Source of the DNA: a virus
Lineage: Duplodnaviria > Caudoviricetes
Strand: one strand, 5' to 3'
Virus record (IMG/VR): IMGVR_UViG_3300020403_000078
Span: 1-25,603 of that record
DNA: 25,603 nt
A model generated the notes under the pieces. It had not been told where the DNA came from and searched no databases. It saw only the letters and a program-made list of their open reading frames with translations. Positions 25,593 to 25,603 of this stretch are shown in pieces. How positions within the stretch are numbered: the first letter of the stretch is position 1; the number at the start of each line of letters is the position of its first letter. Both the position numbers and the translations under genes were made by a program.

Positions 25593-25597
25593 CTCCT
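25593..25597 (-). promoter_or_regulatory. Shine-Dalgarno AGGAG for the 95-aa ORF
   Basis: Minus strand CAGGAGCTAAAATG, 5-nt spacing to the ATG at 25587. Confidence 0.7.
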
Positions 25598-25603
25598 GAT
25601 TTA

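Noticed and set aside
1-25603. Diversity-generating retroelement, invertible cassette or CRISPR-like array acting on the structural genes
   Set aside because: No reverse transcriptase or recombinase ORF, and no near-identical nucleotide repeats noticed; repeats are visible only at protein level. A self dot-plot would be the decisive check.

Overview
AT-rich window from a T4-like myovirus of the marine/freshwater cyanophage type (Kyanoviridae-like). It holds a tightly packed, all-minus-strand late structural module: 95-aa hypothetical, gp25, gp6, a giant 4,553-aa gp7-like baseplate wedge protein, gp8, a 2,357-aa VrlC/DUF4815-like virion protein, two small helical ORFs (66 and 60 aa), a 76-aa fibre-motif ORF, and the first 7 codons of a probable fibre gene. 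Five (T/G)ATAAATA gp55-type late promoter motifs lie just upstream of gene starts, two of them inside coding sequence. Most notable: (1) the 60-aa ORF aligns by eye to NblA, the phycobilisome-degradation adaptor, inside a baseplate operon; (2) gp7 has a nested modular architecture, with a split core, a degenerate YHYH-like domain and three tandem copies of a fibre-type domain that could form a pseudo-trimeric docking site; (3) no recognisable T4 gp9-gp12 follow gp8. All family calls come from motif recognition, not database searches. No RNA genes, CRISPR arrays, inteins or mobile elements were seen.
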